A DNA stretch of 60,027 nt, counting the filler. It is 4 parts of 4 records of this genome, joined end to end, with 100 filler letters (N's around TTAATTAATTAA, not from the genome) between each part and the next. Parts side by side here need not be neighbours in the genome. Positions count along the whole stretch, not along the records: positions 19,444 to 42,798 come from SRR31156797_6626; positions 42,899 to 49,454 come from SRR31156797_6636; 2 more parts are not named here. One strand, written 5' to 3'. Positions 37,263 to 47,760 of the stretch are shown here, piece by piece (the stretch's first letter is position 1; each line of letters starts with the position of its first letter). Made by a program: the position numbers and the translations under genes. The notes below the pieces were generated by a model. It saw only the letters and a list, made by a program, of their open reading frames with translations, was not told the DNA's origin and searched no databases.

Positions 37263-38849
37263 TTAGACCGACTCGCGGGTTGTGTGGAAAACGATGTCTG
37301 GGAACAGTTCCATGGTATGGGACAAGCGCCACATACCATCGGCCAGGTAGGAAAGATGACCTTCTGCATCAAAAGCCAGGTTTGCCTGATTTTTTTTCTC
37401 AAATTCCCTTAATTGCAGCTTGTTTTCACTGGTAACCCAGCGGGCAAGAGAAAAGTTCATGGGGACATATTCGGCATCGACCCCATATTCAGCTTTCAGG
37501 CGGGTCATGGTTACCTCAAACTGTAACACACCTACAGCCCCAAGCACATAATCATTGCCTATAAGAGGCCGAAAGAGCTGCACTGCCCCTTCTTCGGCCA
37601 TCTGGGTCAATCCTTTTTGCAGCTGCTTGATTTTGAGCGGGTTTCTCAGGATAACTTTGCGGAAATGTTCCGGGGCAAAATTGGGTATGCCGGTAAACTT
37701 CAGCTCTTCCTTGTCGGTAAAGGTATCGCCGATTTTAATGGTGCCGTGATTGTGGATGCCGATAATGTCACCAGGATAGGCTTCTTCCACGTTTTCCCTG
37801 TTTTGGGCCATGAAGACCGTTGCATTGCTGAGGCTTATATCTTTGCCCAGGCGATGGTGCTTCACTCGCATACCACGGGTGAACTTGCCGGAGCAGATTC
37901 GAAAAAAAGCAATACGGTCCCGGTGGGCAGGGTCCATGTTGGCCTGGATTTTAAAGGTAAATCCTGAAAAAGCTGTTTCTTCTGGTGATACCTCCCGGCT
38001 CTGGGTTGGCCTTGGCCCAGGTGACGGAGACAGCTCTACAAACGCATCAAGCAGCTCCCGGACCCCGAAGTTGTTAATGGCGCTGCCAAAAAAAACAGGG
38101 GTCTGGCTGGCTTTGAGATACTCGTCGTATTCAAACGGATTGGCAGCCCCTTCAAGAAGTTCTATATCCTCACGGAGTTTGTCAGCATCAACGCCAAGCA
38201 GTTCGTCAAGCTTGCTATCGTTAATGTCAGAAACCACGGTATGGTCTTCAGGTCGGGTATCCTGGCTGGGCGTAAACAGGTTGAGTTCTTTGCGGTACAG
38301 GTTGTACACTCCCTTAAATCGTTTGCCCATTCCAATGGGCCATGAGAGGGGAGCACATTCGATCTGCAGCTTTTCTTCAATATCTGCAAGGATGTCCAGC
38401 GGGTCAAGACCATCGCGGTCGAGTTTGTTGATAAAGGTAATGATTGGGGTGTTGCGCATTCTACAGACTTCCATCAATTTGGTTGTCTGCGTTTCAACCC
38501 CCTTGGCACTGTCAATAACCATCAAAGCACTATCAACCGCTGTGAGTACCCGGTAAGTATCTTCAGAGAAATCCTGGTGACCGGGAGTATCTAGAAGATT
38601 GATTTCATAATCGTGGTAATTAAATTTCATGACCGAGGTTGTCACAGAAATTCCACGATCTTTTTCAATCGCCATCCAGTCACTGAGGGCATGATTGGAG
38701 GTCTTTCTTGATTTTACCGCACCGGCCATCTGGATGGCCCCGCCAAAGAGCAGTAACTTTTCAGTCAGGGTTGTTTTACCAGCATCGGGATGGCTGATAA
38801 TGCCGAAGGTTCTGCGCTTTTCTATTTCGTTAAGGAATTTACCGCTCAC
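37263..38849 (-). CDS. prfC: peptide chain release factor 3
   Basis: [52 protein letters not shown]. Confidence 0.98.
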   Translation of the reverse strand: MSGKFLNEIEKRRTFGIISHPDAGKTTLTEKLLLFGGAIQMAGAVKSRKTSNHALSDWMAIEKDRGISVTTSVMKFNYHDYEINLLDTPGHQDFSEDTYRVLTAVDSALMVIDSAKGVETQTTKLMEVCRMRNTPIITFINKLDRDGLDPLDILADIEEKLQIECAPLSWPIGMGKRFKGVYNLYRKELNLFTPSQDTRPEDHTVVSDINDSKLDELLGVDADKLREDIELLEGAANPFEYDEYLKASQTPVFFGSAINNFGVRELLDAFVELSPSPGPRPTQSREVSPEETAFSGFTFKIQANMDPAHRDRIAFFRICSGKFTRGMRVKHHRLGKDISLSNATVFMAQNRENVEEAYPGDIIGIHNHGTIKIGDTFTDKEELKFTGIPNFAPEHFRKVILRNPLKIKQLQKGLTQMAEEGAVQLFRPLIGNDYVLGAVGVLQFEVTMTRLKAEYGVDAEYVPMNFSLARWVTSENKLQLREFEKKNQANLAFDAEGHLSYLADGMWRLSHTMELFPDIVFHTTRESV

Positions 38850-39144
38850 GTTACAACCGTTACTTGAGAAAATGATAGTAGAGGAAACCGTAGCCTTTTT
38901 TGGGTAGGAGCTCGGTATTATTTGGTCATGAGTGCATCATAAAAAAAGATGGATCGTTGCCGACCCATCAGGAACGAGGTATATACTCTATTTTACGTTT
39001 TTTGTCCAATTTTCTTGTAAATTATGCCGTAACCGTTGTTAAGGTCCATGGTTGGTTGACAATTGGAAAGGAGGATACTGTTAGTTCCCCTAAAAAGAGG
39101 GGCAACTGGATTGCTATCAAAGAGAGAACTGAGAGCTCAATATA

Positions 39145-39621
39145 ATGGATAACACTTGCTATTTTCTGCACGGCCTTGATTCCTCTAGCCAGGCAACTAA
39201 AGGGCGCTGGTTTCATGAACATTTTCCAAACATGATTATTCCCGATTTTGTCGGTACTCTGGAACAAAGAGTGACAGAACTGGAGCAACTCTGTGGCGAT
39301 GCAAAAGAACTGCTTTTTGTTGGGTCGAGTTTCGGCGGACTTATGGCCACTGTCTTTGCATCCCATCACCCTCTTGCCTGTAGGCGACTGATTCTGCTTG
39401 CACCGGCACTCAATTTTGAGGGATACGCGCCCCCTGAGAAGCCGATTCAAGTTCCGACCCTGTTAGTTATTGGAAGGCATGATACCGTGACCCCGCCAGA
39501 TCGTGTTGTTCCCCTTGCACAAAAAAGTTTTGCAAATATTACAATTAGAGTGGAAGACGACGATCACATGCTCCACACGGTTTTTCCTGCAATGGACTGG
39601 CCTCTTCTGCTGAGCAAATGA
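39145..39621 (+). CDS. alpha/beta hydrolase (YqiA/YcfP-like)
   Basis: FLHGLDSS, GSSFGG nucleophile elbow, G.HD, DDH. Confidence 0.85.
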   Translation: MDNTCYFLHGLDSSSQATKGRWFHEHFPNMIIPDFVGTLEQRVTELEQLCGDAKELLFVGSSFGGLMATVFASHHPLACRRLILLAPALNFEGYAPPEKPIQVPTLLVIGRHDTVTPPDRVVPLAQKSFANITIRVEDDDHMLHTVFPAMDWPLLLSK

Positions 39622-39729
39622 AAATGCTTTTGTAGCATCGGTCGTCGTCGGTACATTGATATCTACAACTGTTCACGTTGCAGGTGACGGGCCAGGTGAC
39701 GCGCAGATGAGACCAGGCAGGGCTAGCTG

Positions 39730-40659
39730 TCAGGAGAGTTGAAAAAGCAAGGCAACCCATTCGCCTTGATATTCTGTGTCGGCAAGAGCATAACCCAGAT
39801 TTTGATAGATGTTGATGATGTTTTGCTCCTGCTGACCTTTGAGGATGCCCGCCAGGATGAGTGAGCCGCCTGGGGTAGAACGCTGACCGATGGCATCTGC
39901 CATGTCCACCAGCACGTCATGGACTATGTTGGCGCAGATAACCCTATATTGTCCTTGAATATCGGCCAACGGAGTTATGCTGACGTCAATGCGGTTATTA
40001 AGGCTGTTATGAGCTACATTGTCTGCAGCTGCCGCGACAGCATCGGGATCATTGTCAATGGCTTGTATTTGTTGACCACCATAAAGGGCACCTGCCATGG
40101 CCAAAATACCAGTCCCTGTCCCTATATCAAGAATGGTAGCCGCTTTGTCACTCATGGCCTGAAACGTTTTTGTCAGCAGGGAAAGCGCCATCTTGGTTGA
40201 GGCATGCTGACCGGTTCCAAATGCCATTCCCGGGTCCATCTCTATGATATATTCTCCTTTTTCAGGGGTATACTGTTCCCAGCTCGGCTTGATGACCAGC
40301 CCTGGAACAATTTCAAAGGCATTGAAAAATTGCTTCCAGCTGGTTGCCCAGTCCTGATCATCGATGAGGGTTGCCTCAATGGCTTCCAGTTGGTGGTCGT
40401 AGAGCAAAAACAGCTCTTCCAATCGTTTGCTTACCAGTGCTGTCAGTTTTTTCACCTGTGCATCGGTGGGGTTGCTGGCATCCAGTTGGAAAAAACCGCT
40501 AATGCGGCAACCGTTTTCCGTGTCCGGGCTCTGTTCAACCCCTGCATTGCTGAGGACACCGATCAGGTCTGCAGCAGCTTCGCTTATAATGGACGGTGTC
40601 GCGCAAGTGATTTTTAACCATTGGTTGCCAGATGGTGCCGTTGAAGGTGGTGTAGTCAT
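39730..40659 (-). CDS. prmA: 50S ribosomal protein L11 methyltransferase
   Basis: DWATSWK, MDPGMAFGTGQHAST, LDIGTGTGILA, ANI. Confidence 0.95.
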   Translation of the reverse strand: MTTPPSTAPSGNQWLKITCATPSIISEAAADLIGVLSNAGVEQSPDTENGCRISGFFQLDASNPTDAQVKKLTALVSKRLEELFLLYDHQLEAIEATLIDDQDWATSWKQFFNAFEIVPGLVIKPSWEQYTPEKGEYIIEMDPGMAFGTGQHASTKMALSLLTKTFQAMSDKAATILDIGTGTGILAMAGALYGGQQIQAIDNDPDAVAAAADNVAHNSLNNRIDVSITPLADIQGQYRVICANIVHDVLVDMADAIGQRSTPGGSLILAGILKGQQEQNIINIYQNLGYALADTEYQGEWVALLFQLS

Positions 40660-40926
40660 GGTCTGTAAAAAAGGCCTGTAAAAGTGAAAAGAGGTGGGAC
40701 TGGATAGCTGTTGAAATCAAATATTGTACAGAGTATACCGCGAACTGCCGCAAAGCGCGATGAGTATCGTGTCGGTAACAGCGGCATTGCCTGTCTTGAG
40801 GCAGATTGATCCTGTTTTCCTGTATGGCTGATAAATACGTTTTTCCAAAAACATATTTTGTAGTATAAGGCCCGATTAGCCGAAACTTTGTGCATCACTT
40901 TGTAATAATTAATTTCCTGGAAAATA

Positions 40927-41622
40927 ATGCTTGGAACAATTGTAAATGCTGCGGCAATCATTGCAGGGTCTTTACTTGGACTCCTGTTTAGTAAAGGCAT
41001 TCCTGATAATTATAAAGAAATTATCATGGGCGGTGTCGGTCTGTCGGTCATCTTGATTGGGATTAAAAGTGCGTTGGTCTCTGATAACCTGATTATTGTG
41101 ATTCTGTCGGTCATACTGGGAGCTTTGCTGGGTGAATTTTTAAAAATTGAAACCCGCCTTGAATCATTGGGGAAATTTCTCGAAAGGAAAGTAGCTGCAC
41201 GATCCAGTGATACAAGCTCGTTTGCAAGAGGGTTTGTGACTGCAAGTCTGGTTTTTTGCGTTGGTTCAATGGCGATAGTCGGCAGTCTGGAAAGCGGTCT
41301 GACCGGTAATCACCAGACCCTGTTTGCCAAATCCATCCTTGATGGGGTTACATCCATTATTTTTGCCTCAGCAATGGGACTTGGAGTGATGTTTTCCAGT
41401 GGTGCGGTCTTCCTCTACCAGGGGGCGATCACCGTGACTGCCGTTTTGATGAAAAACCTGCTGGTGCCTGAAACCATCAGCCAGATGACCTCTGTTGGTG
41501 GCCTGCTCATTTTGGCCATTGGTTTAAATTTGTTAAAGATAACCACTATTCGAGTCGGTAATCTTATTCCCGGCATTTTTTTGCCTCTGCTCTGGTTCGG
41601 TCTGCTGCAGCTAGTACAGTAG
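40927..41622 (+). CDS. DUF554 family membrane protein
   Basis: MLGTIVN, GFVTASLVFCVGSMAIVGS, KSILDG. Confidence 0.9.
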   Translation: MLGTIVNAAAIIAGSLLGLLFSKGIPDNYKEIIMGGVGLSVILIGIKSALVSDNLIIVILSVILGALLGEFLKIETRLESLGKFLERKVAARSSDTSSFARGFVTASLVFCVGSMAIVGSLESGLTGNHQTLFAKSILDGVTSIIFASAMGLGVMFSSGAVFLYQGAITVTAVLMKNLLVPETISQMTSVGGLLILAIGLNLLKITTIRVGNLIPGIFLPLLWFGLLQLVQ

Positions 41623-41800
41623 TTAGTTTGGGTAGTTTGTGCTTTTTGTGCTGTTTGAGCAGGTATTTTCCCCCGCTGCAGGTTCTTGCTTGACCCGGTT
41701 CTATAGCTTGACTATAAAAGGATGGAAAAGTGCGGCTGTATGGCACTGAAACCAGGGACTTTGCCCCATTGAGACAACCCGTGGCACTTTCCTGTAATAA

Positions 41801-42736
41801 AAAAAATCATCCGGCGGGAAAATTTCCAAAGAAAGAACCATTGTTCGGGCCGTAAACGGCGTCAGTATCGATGTGGCTCAGGGGGAGACTGTCAGTGTGG
41901 TCGGTGAGTCAGGGTGTGGAAAATCGACCCTGGCAAGGACAGTTATGGGGCTCTATCCTCCAGAAGAGGGAGAGGTGTATTATAAAGATACTCGGATCGA
42001 TAATCTCGGTGAGGCACAACGTCAGCCGTTTCGCACCCACATGCAGATGGTCTTTCAGGATCCCTATGCATCTTTAAATCCCCGAATGACGCTGGGAAAG
42101 ATATTAAAAGAACCCATTTGTTTTCATCAACCTAAGCTTGGAAAGGCAGCTGTAGCAGAAAAAGTTGCTTTGGTGATGGAGCAAGTCGGAATTGATCCAG
42201 ATTGGCATACCCGGTATCCCCATGAGCTTTCAGGTGGTCAACGACAGCGCATCTCCATTGCCCGGGCCCTAACAGTGGAGCCGGATTTTATTGTTGCTGA
42301 TGAACCCATAGCAGCACTCGATGTTTCTATTCAGGCGCAAATTCTTAATTTGATGATGGACCTCCAGGAGCAGAATAATCTGACCTACCTTTTCATCAGC
42401 CACGATCTGTCTGTAGTCGAGCATATTTCAAAAAGGGTGGCCGTCATGTACCTTGGGTGCATGTGTGAACTTGCCCAGGCCGACGAACTTTTTCAGCGGC
42501 CACGCCACCCTTATACCCAGGCGTTACTATCGGCAATACCCCAGTTGGGAAAGGTTGCTTCCCATGAAAAATTAACCGGTGATGTTCCTTCTCCAATCAA
42601 CCTGCCATCTGGGTGTGTCTTCCATACTCGTTGCCGGCATGCCAATGATCGCTGCCACCAGGAAGTTCCACGATTGATAGGTGTGGAAGGCGGAACTCAG
42701 GTGGCCTGTCACGGGGTCGAAGAAGGACGGCTTTAA
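41801..42736 (+). pseudogene. OppF/DppF-type peptide ABC ATPase, probably 5'-truncated
   Basis: GESGCGKST, LSGGQRQR, DEP, HPYT..LL, C-terminal Cys motif; frame extends to SGGKISKERTIVRAVNGVS, then TAA at 41798 with no start codon before GTG 41873. Confidence 0.65.
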
Positions 42737-42798
42737 ATAGAACCTAAATCCTGCAATTGCCAATTTTTCCGGAGATGTGAGGCACCGGAGGCGCAGAC

Positions 42799-42898
42799 NN
42801 NNNNNNNNNNNNNNNNNNNNNNNNNNNNNNNNNNNNNNNNNNTTAATTAATTAANNNNNNNNNNNNNNNNNNNNNNNNNNNNNNNNNNNNNNNNNNNN
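42799..42898. other. artificial contig linker
   Basis: N-run, TTAATTAATTAA, N-run. Confidence 0.97.
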
Positions 42899-42899
42899 C

Positions 42900-43682
42900 A
42901 AAGTACGCTTTAGTCGGATGAACCAAAAAAAACAGTATTGCCGTCTGAAGAAAAGTGATGTTGTACAGTGGAGTCTCAGTGATCTTGAAACAGGTGAATT
43001 AATTTCCAGCAGCCCCAATGCGGGACAGGTTTTTTTCGGTGCCTCTGCATCCAAAATATTCGTTGCAGGAGCTCTTTTGGATAAGCAGAATGGAGAGGTG
43101 AGTAAACAACAGCTTATTCTTATGACAAGAATGATTGTTCGCTCGGATAATCACTCATGGAAAGAACTGCAACGCCAGGTGGGAAGAGACGGGAGTGATG
43201 ATTCCGGCAGACAGGCGGTCCAGGCATTTATCCAAAGAATGGGATATGAAAACTTGAGGGCTTTTCAAGGCTGGATGATCCGTCCTGACGGCAGCCGGCT
43301 GCACGGGAACGAACTTAACTCTCTGGCGGTGGCAAAATTTCTCTACGACACATACCATAACCGCTATCCTGGGGCTGAGATTTTATGGAAGATTATGCAT
43401 GCCACCCGAACCGGTGCAAAAAAAATTAACAAATACACGCCAAGGTCTGTGTGCATTGCCGGTAAAACAGGTACTTATCATGGGCCGAACGAAAGTAAGG
43501 ATACTGTCAAGCATGCAGTAATTAAGGCCCGTAACCATGTAACTGTTATTACTGTTAGCGGCAGAGAATACAGTCTCACCGTTCTATCTAATACCGGAAG
43601 AGATGAAGACGTCGCTGTTCTGGGTGGTGGTTTGATGAGGGAATACCTGGGTGTTGGAAAAAAGGTGAGTTGTTCTGATTAG
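42900..43682 (+). CDS. class A beta-lactamase-like serine hydrolase (5' partial)
   Basis: SASK (SxxK), SDN and KTG motifs; frame open to the contig edge. Confidence 0.82.
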   Translation, partial: KVRFSRMNQKKQYCRLKKSDVVQWSLSDLETGELISSSPNAGQVFFGASASKIFVAGALLDKQNGEVSKQQLILMTRMIVRSDNHSWKELQRQVGRDGSDDSGRQAVQAFIQRMGYENLRAFQGWMIRPDGSRLHGNELNSLAVAKFLYDTYHNRYPGAEILWKIMHATRTGAKKINKYTPRSVCIAGKTGTYHGPNESKDTVKHAVIKARNHVTVITVSGREYSLTVLSNTGRDEDVAVLGGGLMREYLGVGKKVSCSD

Positions 43683-43878
43683 AGAGAGAGTGAGGAATAC
43701 TTTTTACCAGGCACTCGCTGTTACTTTATATGATTATCGTGGAATACCTTGCACCAGGGTATGTCGCATGCTTTATTTACCCTGAAGGTGTTTTATTAGA
43801 TTGCTGACGTGGAGAAATCGTGATCAAATGATTTGTTTTACATATACACCCTAACAATAACCATTGAACTAGAAAGGA

Positions 43879-44937
43879 GTGGAAATGAGGGGCTTTGAAA
43901 ATCGAAGAGAACTTTTTTTCCGGCACTGTTTTGCATGCCTTGGAGTTATGCTCTTGCTAACTGCTGTCATGTTCGTGCCAGACAATGCTTTAGCAGACGA
44001 TCTACGGGATTGTATGAGTAAGAGCCTGCAGACTGCAGACCCGAACATGACCATTGCTGAACTTCAACTGCAGTGCGAGAAAGAGATTGAGGATGGATCT
44101 TATGCTGTGGAGAAAGAAGAGGCCCAGGTAGAAGTAGTGACAGATCGTGTCCACCAGGACCGAAAGCATGTACTGCAGCCTTTTACGCTCATGGCACATA
44201 AACCCAATTACATTCTTGCTGCGGCCTACAATGCGAGTGGGCAAGACTCAACACTATGGAAAGAGCAGTTTGACGACCAAAGCCTTGATGATTGGGAAGA
44301 CACAGAAGCCCAGTTTCAACTCAGTGTCAAATTTCCTCTACTTGTGAATATGTGGGATGATACATTTGACATTTATGCGGCCTATACCAACCGTTCTTTC
44401 TGGCAGATATATTACGAAGACTCTGCTCCTTTCCGTGAAACAAATCATGAACCAGAGGTGTGGGTACAGTTCCATCCCGGCTGGGAGTTTTTAGGCTTTA
44501 AAAATACCTGGAATTCATTTGGTGTTAACCATCAGTCGAATGGTCGCGGTGGTACGCTTTCCCGGAGCTGGAATCGAATTTTTGCCTGGTTTACAGTAGA
44601 GCGGGGCAACCTTGCCATGTCTTTTAAGCCATGGTACCGAATTCCAGAAGATGATGATGATGATGACAACCCGGATATCACCGATTTTCTCGGTCACTAT
44701 GAACTCTCTGCATCGTACAAGTGGGGAGAAAATGTGTTTAGTGTGATGTCACGTAACAATCTAGAATCAGGATTTGAGAAAGGGGCGATTGAACTCAGTT
44801 GGAGCTTCCCACTCTGGGATTGGCCATACCTGAAGGGGTATGTACAATACTTTAACGGGTACGGAAGGAGCCTGATTGATTACAACCAGCATTCCAACGT
44901 TATTGGCGTAGGCTTTTCGGTAACAGACTGGCTGTAA
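43879..44937 (+). CDS. pldA: outer-membrane phospholipase A1 (OMPLA)
   Basis: FQLSVK, SAPFRETNHEPE, HQSNG..LSRSWNR, GYGRSLIDYN. Confidence 0.93.
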   Translation: MEMRGFENRRELFFRHCFACLGVMLLLTAVMFVPDNALADDLRDCMSKSLQTADPNMTIAELQLQCEKEIEDGSYAVEKEEAQVEVVTDRVHQDRKHVLQPFTLMAHKPNYILAAAYNASGQDSTLWKEQFDDQSLDDWEDTEAQFQLSVKFPLLVNMWDDTFDIYAAYTNRSFWQIYYEDSAPFRETNHEPEVWVQFHPGWEFLGFKNTWNSFGVNHQSNGRGGTLSRSWNRIFAWFTVERGNLAMSFKPWYRIPEDDDDDDNPDITDFLGHYELSASYKWGENVFSVMSRNNLESGFEKGAIELSWSFPLWDWPYLKGYVQYFNGYGRSLIDYNQHSNVIGVGFSVTDWL

Positions 44938-44966
44938 AAGTGGGAGTTATCGTTCTGGAAAGAGTA

Positions 44967-44995
44967 TGTGATGGACTGGTAATCAGTCCATCACA
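44967..44995. terminator. perfect hairpin between convergent genes
   Basis: TGTGATGGACTG-GTAAT-CAGTCCATCACA. Confidence 0.6.
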
Positions 44996-45046
44996 CTCAA
45001 AACACATCAGGCTGCTTGCATCCTGCTCAAAAGGTTGTCTGGATGA

Positions 45047-45937
45047 TCAGTAGCCCCGCAGATACTGTGATTTAGGATCTTTTAGGACATTCCACCATGA
45101 CCCGTAGTTGGGATTGGGCAATATGTACCAAACATGTCCCCATTTTTCACCATGTGCAGTTACAAGCTTTGCCCGTTGTTCTGAAGTAATATTCTTTTTT
45201 ACATTTGGAAGAAAATCCCCAAAATCATCCCCAAAGAACATAATTATTCGATACTGTTGGGCCACAAATTTTCTTCTGCTTTCTTTTTCGGATGACCAGC
45301 CTTTTTGTTCGTTTTCAAGCAAGAGGTTCGCAGGTTTAACCTCCCTTATACCGACTCTTTCCAAATTTTTAAGAGTATCTGTTTTTTGCGGGCATGTATC
45401 AGTTATGCCTGGTCGTTTTTTGCATTCACGATTGGTTATGTATATGACCTCAACGCCGGCATCGTTGGCATGATTAATAAAACTAACGGCACCAGGGATC
45501 GCCAGAGCTTGTTGGAGGGCAACCCATTGATCCCAGGTTTGAGGGCTGTATTGAGCATTCTCCAACATAAGTTGAGCGATATAGCTGGAGTTATCCAATA
45601 CTGTTTCATCAATGTCGAGAACCACTGCAGGGGGTAAGTTTAAGTACGGGGTTGCCTGATCTGGTACTGCTGTCACTTTGGAATTGCTGACTGCTTTTTT
45701 AAGATTTTTAGCTGCTGTGTTATAGGTTTGAAGTGAGGTCGCTTGATAATTAGAGGAATGCTGCACCCATAATGTACTGTTGAAATTGTTATTAATCAGT
45801 GTTGGTGAGACGTCATCTCCAAGTTGGGAGCACCCAGCACATATAATTCCTACTCCCAGCATTGAAAAAAATCTGACAAATAATGGTATCATCAGCATGG
45901 TTTGTTCAAGAAAAGGGCCTTTTTTGAGTTGTGGCAT
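45047..45937 (-). CDS. class C acid phosphatase / 5'-nucleotidase lipoprotein (e(P4) family, HAD)
   Basis: lipobox CAGC, LDIDETVLDNS, YITNR, GDDFGDF, LPNPNYGSW; true start may be a downstream Met. Confidence 0.92.
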   Translation of the reverse strand: MPQLKKGPFLEQTMLMIPLFVRFFSMLGVGIICAGCSQLGDDVSPTLINNNFNSTLWVQHSSNYQATSLQTYNTAAKNLKKAVSNSKVTAVPDQATPYLNLPPAVVLDIDETVLDNSSYIAQLMLENAQYSPQTWDQWVALQQALAIPGAVSFINHANDAGVEVIYITNRECKKRPGITDTCPQKTDTLKNLERVGIREVKPANLLLENEQKGWSSEKESRRKFVAQQYRIIMFFGDDFGDFLPNVKKNITSEQRAKLVTAHGEKWGHVWYILPNPNYGSWWNVLKDPKSQYLRGY

Positions 45938-46128
45938 GGGACAAGAAGTGTTGAGTTTTTTTGATAAGATGTGAACAGGGGAAAACGTATCATATCTCCA
46001 AAGTTTGCTCTATATTTATCTCGTCGATTTTTAGTATCTTAAGCTGAAATCATCTAGGGTTTTTATGTTGTCACAAAGAGGCTTTCGTTCATAATATTTA
46101 TGCATAATTTGCTCTAAGGAGAAAAGGC

Positions 46129-47760
46129 ATGCGAAAAAAAACTTTAATATGTGGCTGGATTGCGTTTTTGTTTATGGCACTTACTGCGGGGCAGCTGTAT
46201 GGAGCACCATTTAGTGAGCGCTGGAAAGATTCAACTCCTTACGGCGTTTTGTTCAACAATTATGATCCTAATTTTTATACCGGTTTTGCCCCTCGTGTGC
46301 AGGCAAAAGAGAACATTACTATCCACCTGGGACGCGGGAATCAGGTACGTGTGCGCATGGTACTTACCGATGAAAGTATCACATCCTATATTGAAGACCA
46401 GGTGGCCCGTCATGATCTTTATCAAGAGGTTATTGATAAAAAAGTTATAACTTTGACGACTAATAAATCGTGGGAACTCTATGATGCAAAAGTAAAAGAA
46501 GAAAAATTAACAGATCTTATTACCCAAAAATCAACATTGAGTGATAAGCAATGGTTTCAACTTAACCTTGATACCATTGATAAACTTAACCCTGGACGTA
46601 TGCATCATATACAGCGGGATTTCAAGACGATGACTGCAGATTTTTATGTCGCTCTCAAGGCAGCTCAGTCACCAAAAAATCTCCTGGAAAAGCTTGCACT
46701 TATTAATGATTTTTTCCCACATCGTATTTACCTTACAGATCTTACTGCTAAAGAGGATAGCGCTTTTGCAGAAATGTTTTCTCTTGCAAAAAAAGGAGAT
46801 GCCGAAGCTTTTGCCATTATGGCCAAGCCATTTTTTTCTACTATCACATCCCATCTTTATACCGTTAGTGATGGTAAACTTGATTTCTATGAATTTACCA
46901 GCATATTTCCAGCAGGTACTTTTGATTCAATGACAATATATAAAGGGCGCTCTATTCCATTATTTACCACCACTGGAGTGTGGACCCTCATTCCACGTGA
47001 ACATGGCACAGGGGATACCGGCATGGTCGATTACATCTCCAAAGCGGGATATTACGGCATTATGCCAATGCTGCCCTATCAGTATGCCGGAGGAGCTGCC
47101 TATAATGCTTTTCATAATCCTGGCATCAGTAACTGGATGGGAGGACACCCGCTAATACCAAATGATTGGAAAACCTCAACGGAAAACAGCAGGAGTGGAA
47201 AACCTTACCTTCGATCCTCGATTACAAGTAGGGGACCTGTCTCTCATGGTTGCACGAGACTGAGTCCTGGGCATTTGACTGAATTTAGGGAGATGTTACC
47301 TTCGACTTCTAATAACATGAAAGGGATACGGGTCTTCTTAAATCAATCTCAATGCTATGATATGTATGATGTGGATGGTGACGGTGAAGAAGAAGCAATG
47401 GGGGGACAGTATTATATTGCTTTTCAAGGAAAATCTAGGGTAGCAAACAAAATATGGGCACAGAATACCCGTAAAGAATTTTATGAATGGCTGTACAGTG
47501 ACGAGATTGTTTATGGAGCACCAGGAGAGGTAACGGTGAAGAAGGCCGTGTCTTGTGATTTTGTTAAACGGAAGGCTGTCGAGGGGAAAGTATATACTAA
47601 TGTGAAATTATACGAGGCACCTTATGAACCTGAATTCCTACAGTTTTACACTATCAATGGAGTTGATGCGACATCCCACGATGGATATGAGATCAATCGG
47701 GAGTTACGTCGTGTCGGGTATGGTTATGAAGTTGATCGCAAGTTGTTGAAAATCGATTGA
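46129..47760 (+). CDS. large exported protein with an L,D-transpeptidase-like SHGC motif
   Basis: AAGGAG RBS, signal peptide, RGPVSHGCTRL at 47242-47253. Confidence 0.7.
   Translation: MRKKTLICGWIAFLFMALTAGQLYGAPFSERWKDSTPYGVLFNNYDPNFYTGFAPRVQAKENITIHLGRGNQVRVRMVLTDESITSYIEDQVARHDLYQEVIDKKVITLTTNKSWELYDAKVKEEKLTDLITQKSTLSDKQWFQLNLDTIDKLNPGRMHHIQRDFKTMTADFYVALKAAQSPKNLLEKLALINDFFPHRIYLTDLTAKEDSAFAEMFSLAKKGDAEAFAIMAKPFFSTITSHLYTVSDGKLDFYEFTSIFPAGTFDSMTIYKGRSIPLFTTTGVWTLIPREHGTGDTGMVDYISKAGYYGIMPMLPYQYAGGAAYNAFHNPGISNWMGGHPLIPNDWKTSTENSRSGKPYLRSSITSRGPVSHGCTRLSPGHLTEFREMLPSTSNNMKGIRVFLNQSQCYDMYDVDGDGEEEAMGGQYYIAFQGKSRVANKIWAQNTRKEFYEWLYSDEIVYGAPGEVTVKKAVSCDFVKRKAVEGKVYTNVKLYEAPYEPEFLQFYTINGVDATSHDGYEINRELRRVGYGYEVDRKLLKID

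Noticed and set aside
37250-37402. N-terminal extension of the rhodanese ORF given in the track
   Set aside because: It overlaps the prfC 3' end in another frame; rhodanese similarity starts at MEQFY (37249).
37810-38556. 248-aa plus-strand ORF and similar long antisense ORFs (e.g. 22681-23187, 58094-58642)
   Set aside because: They are antisense shadows of well-supported genes (prfC, AI-2E, Liv binding protein) with no motifs of their own.
37263-38849. Functional link between RF3 and UGA read-through of the downstream rhodanese
   Set aside because: Adjacency alone; nothing in the sequence supports a mechanism.
44650-44667. (GAT)5GAC run in pldA as a phase-variation tract
   Set aside because: Triplet repeat that keeps the frame and encodes an acidic loop before NPDI.
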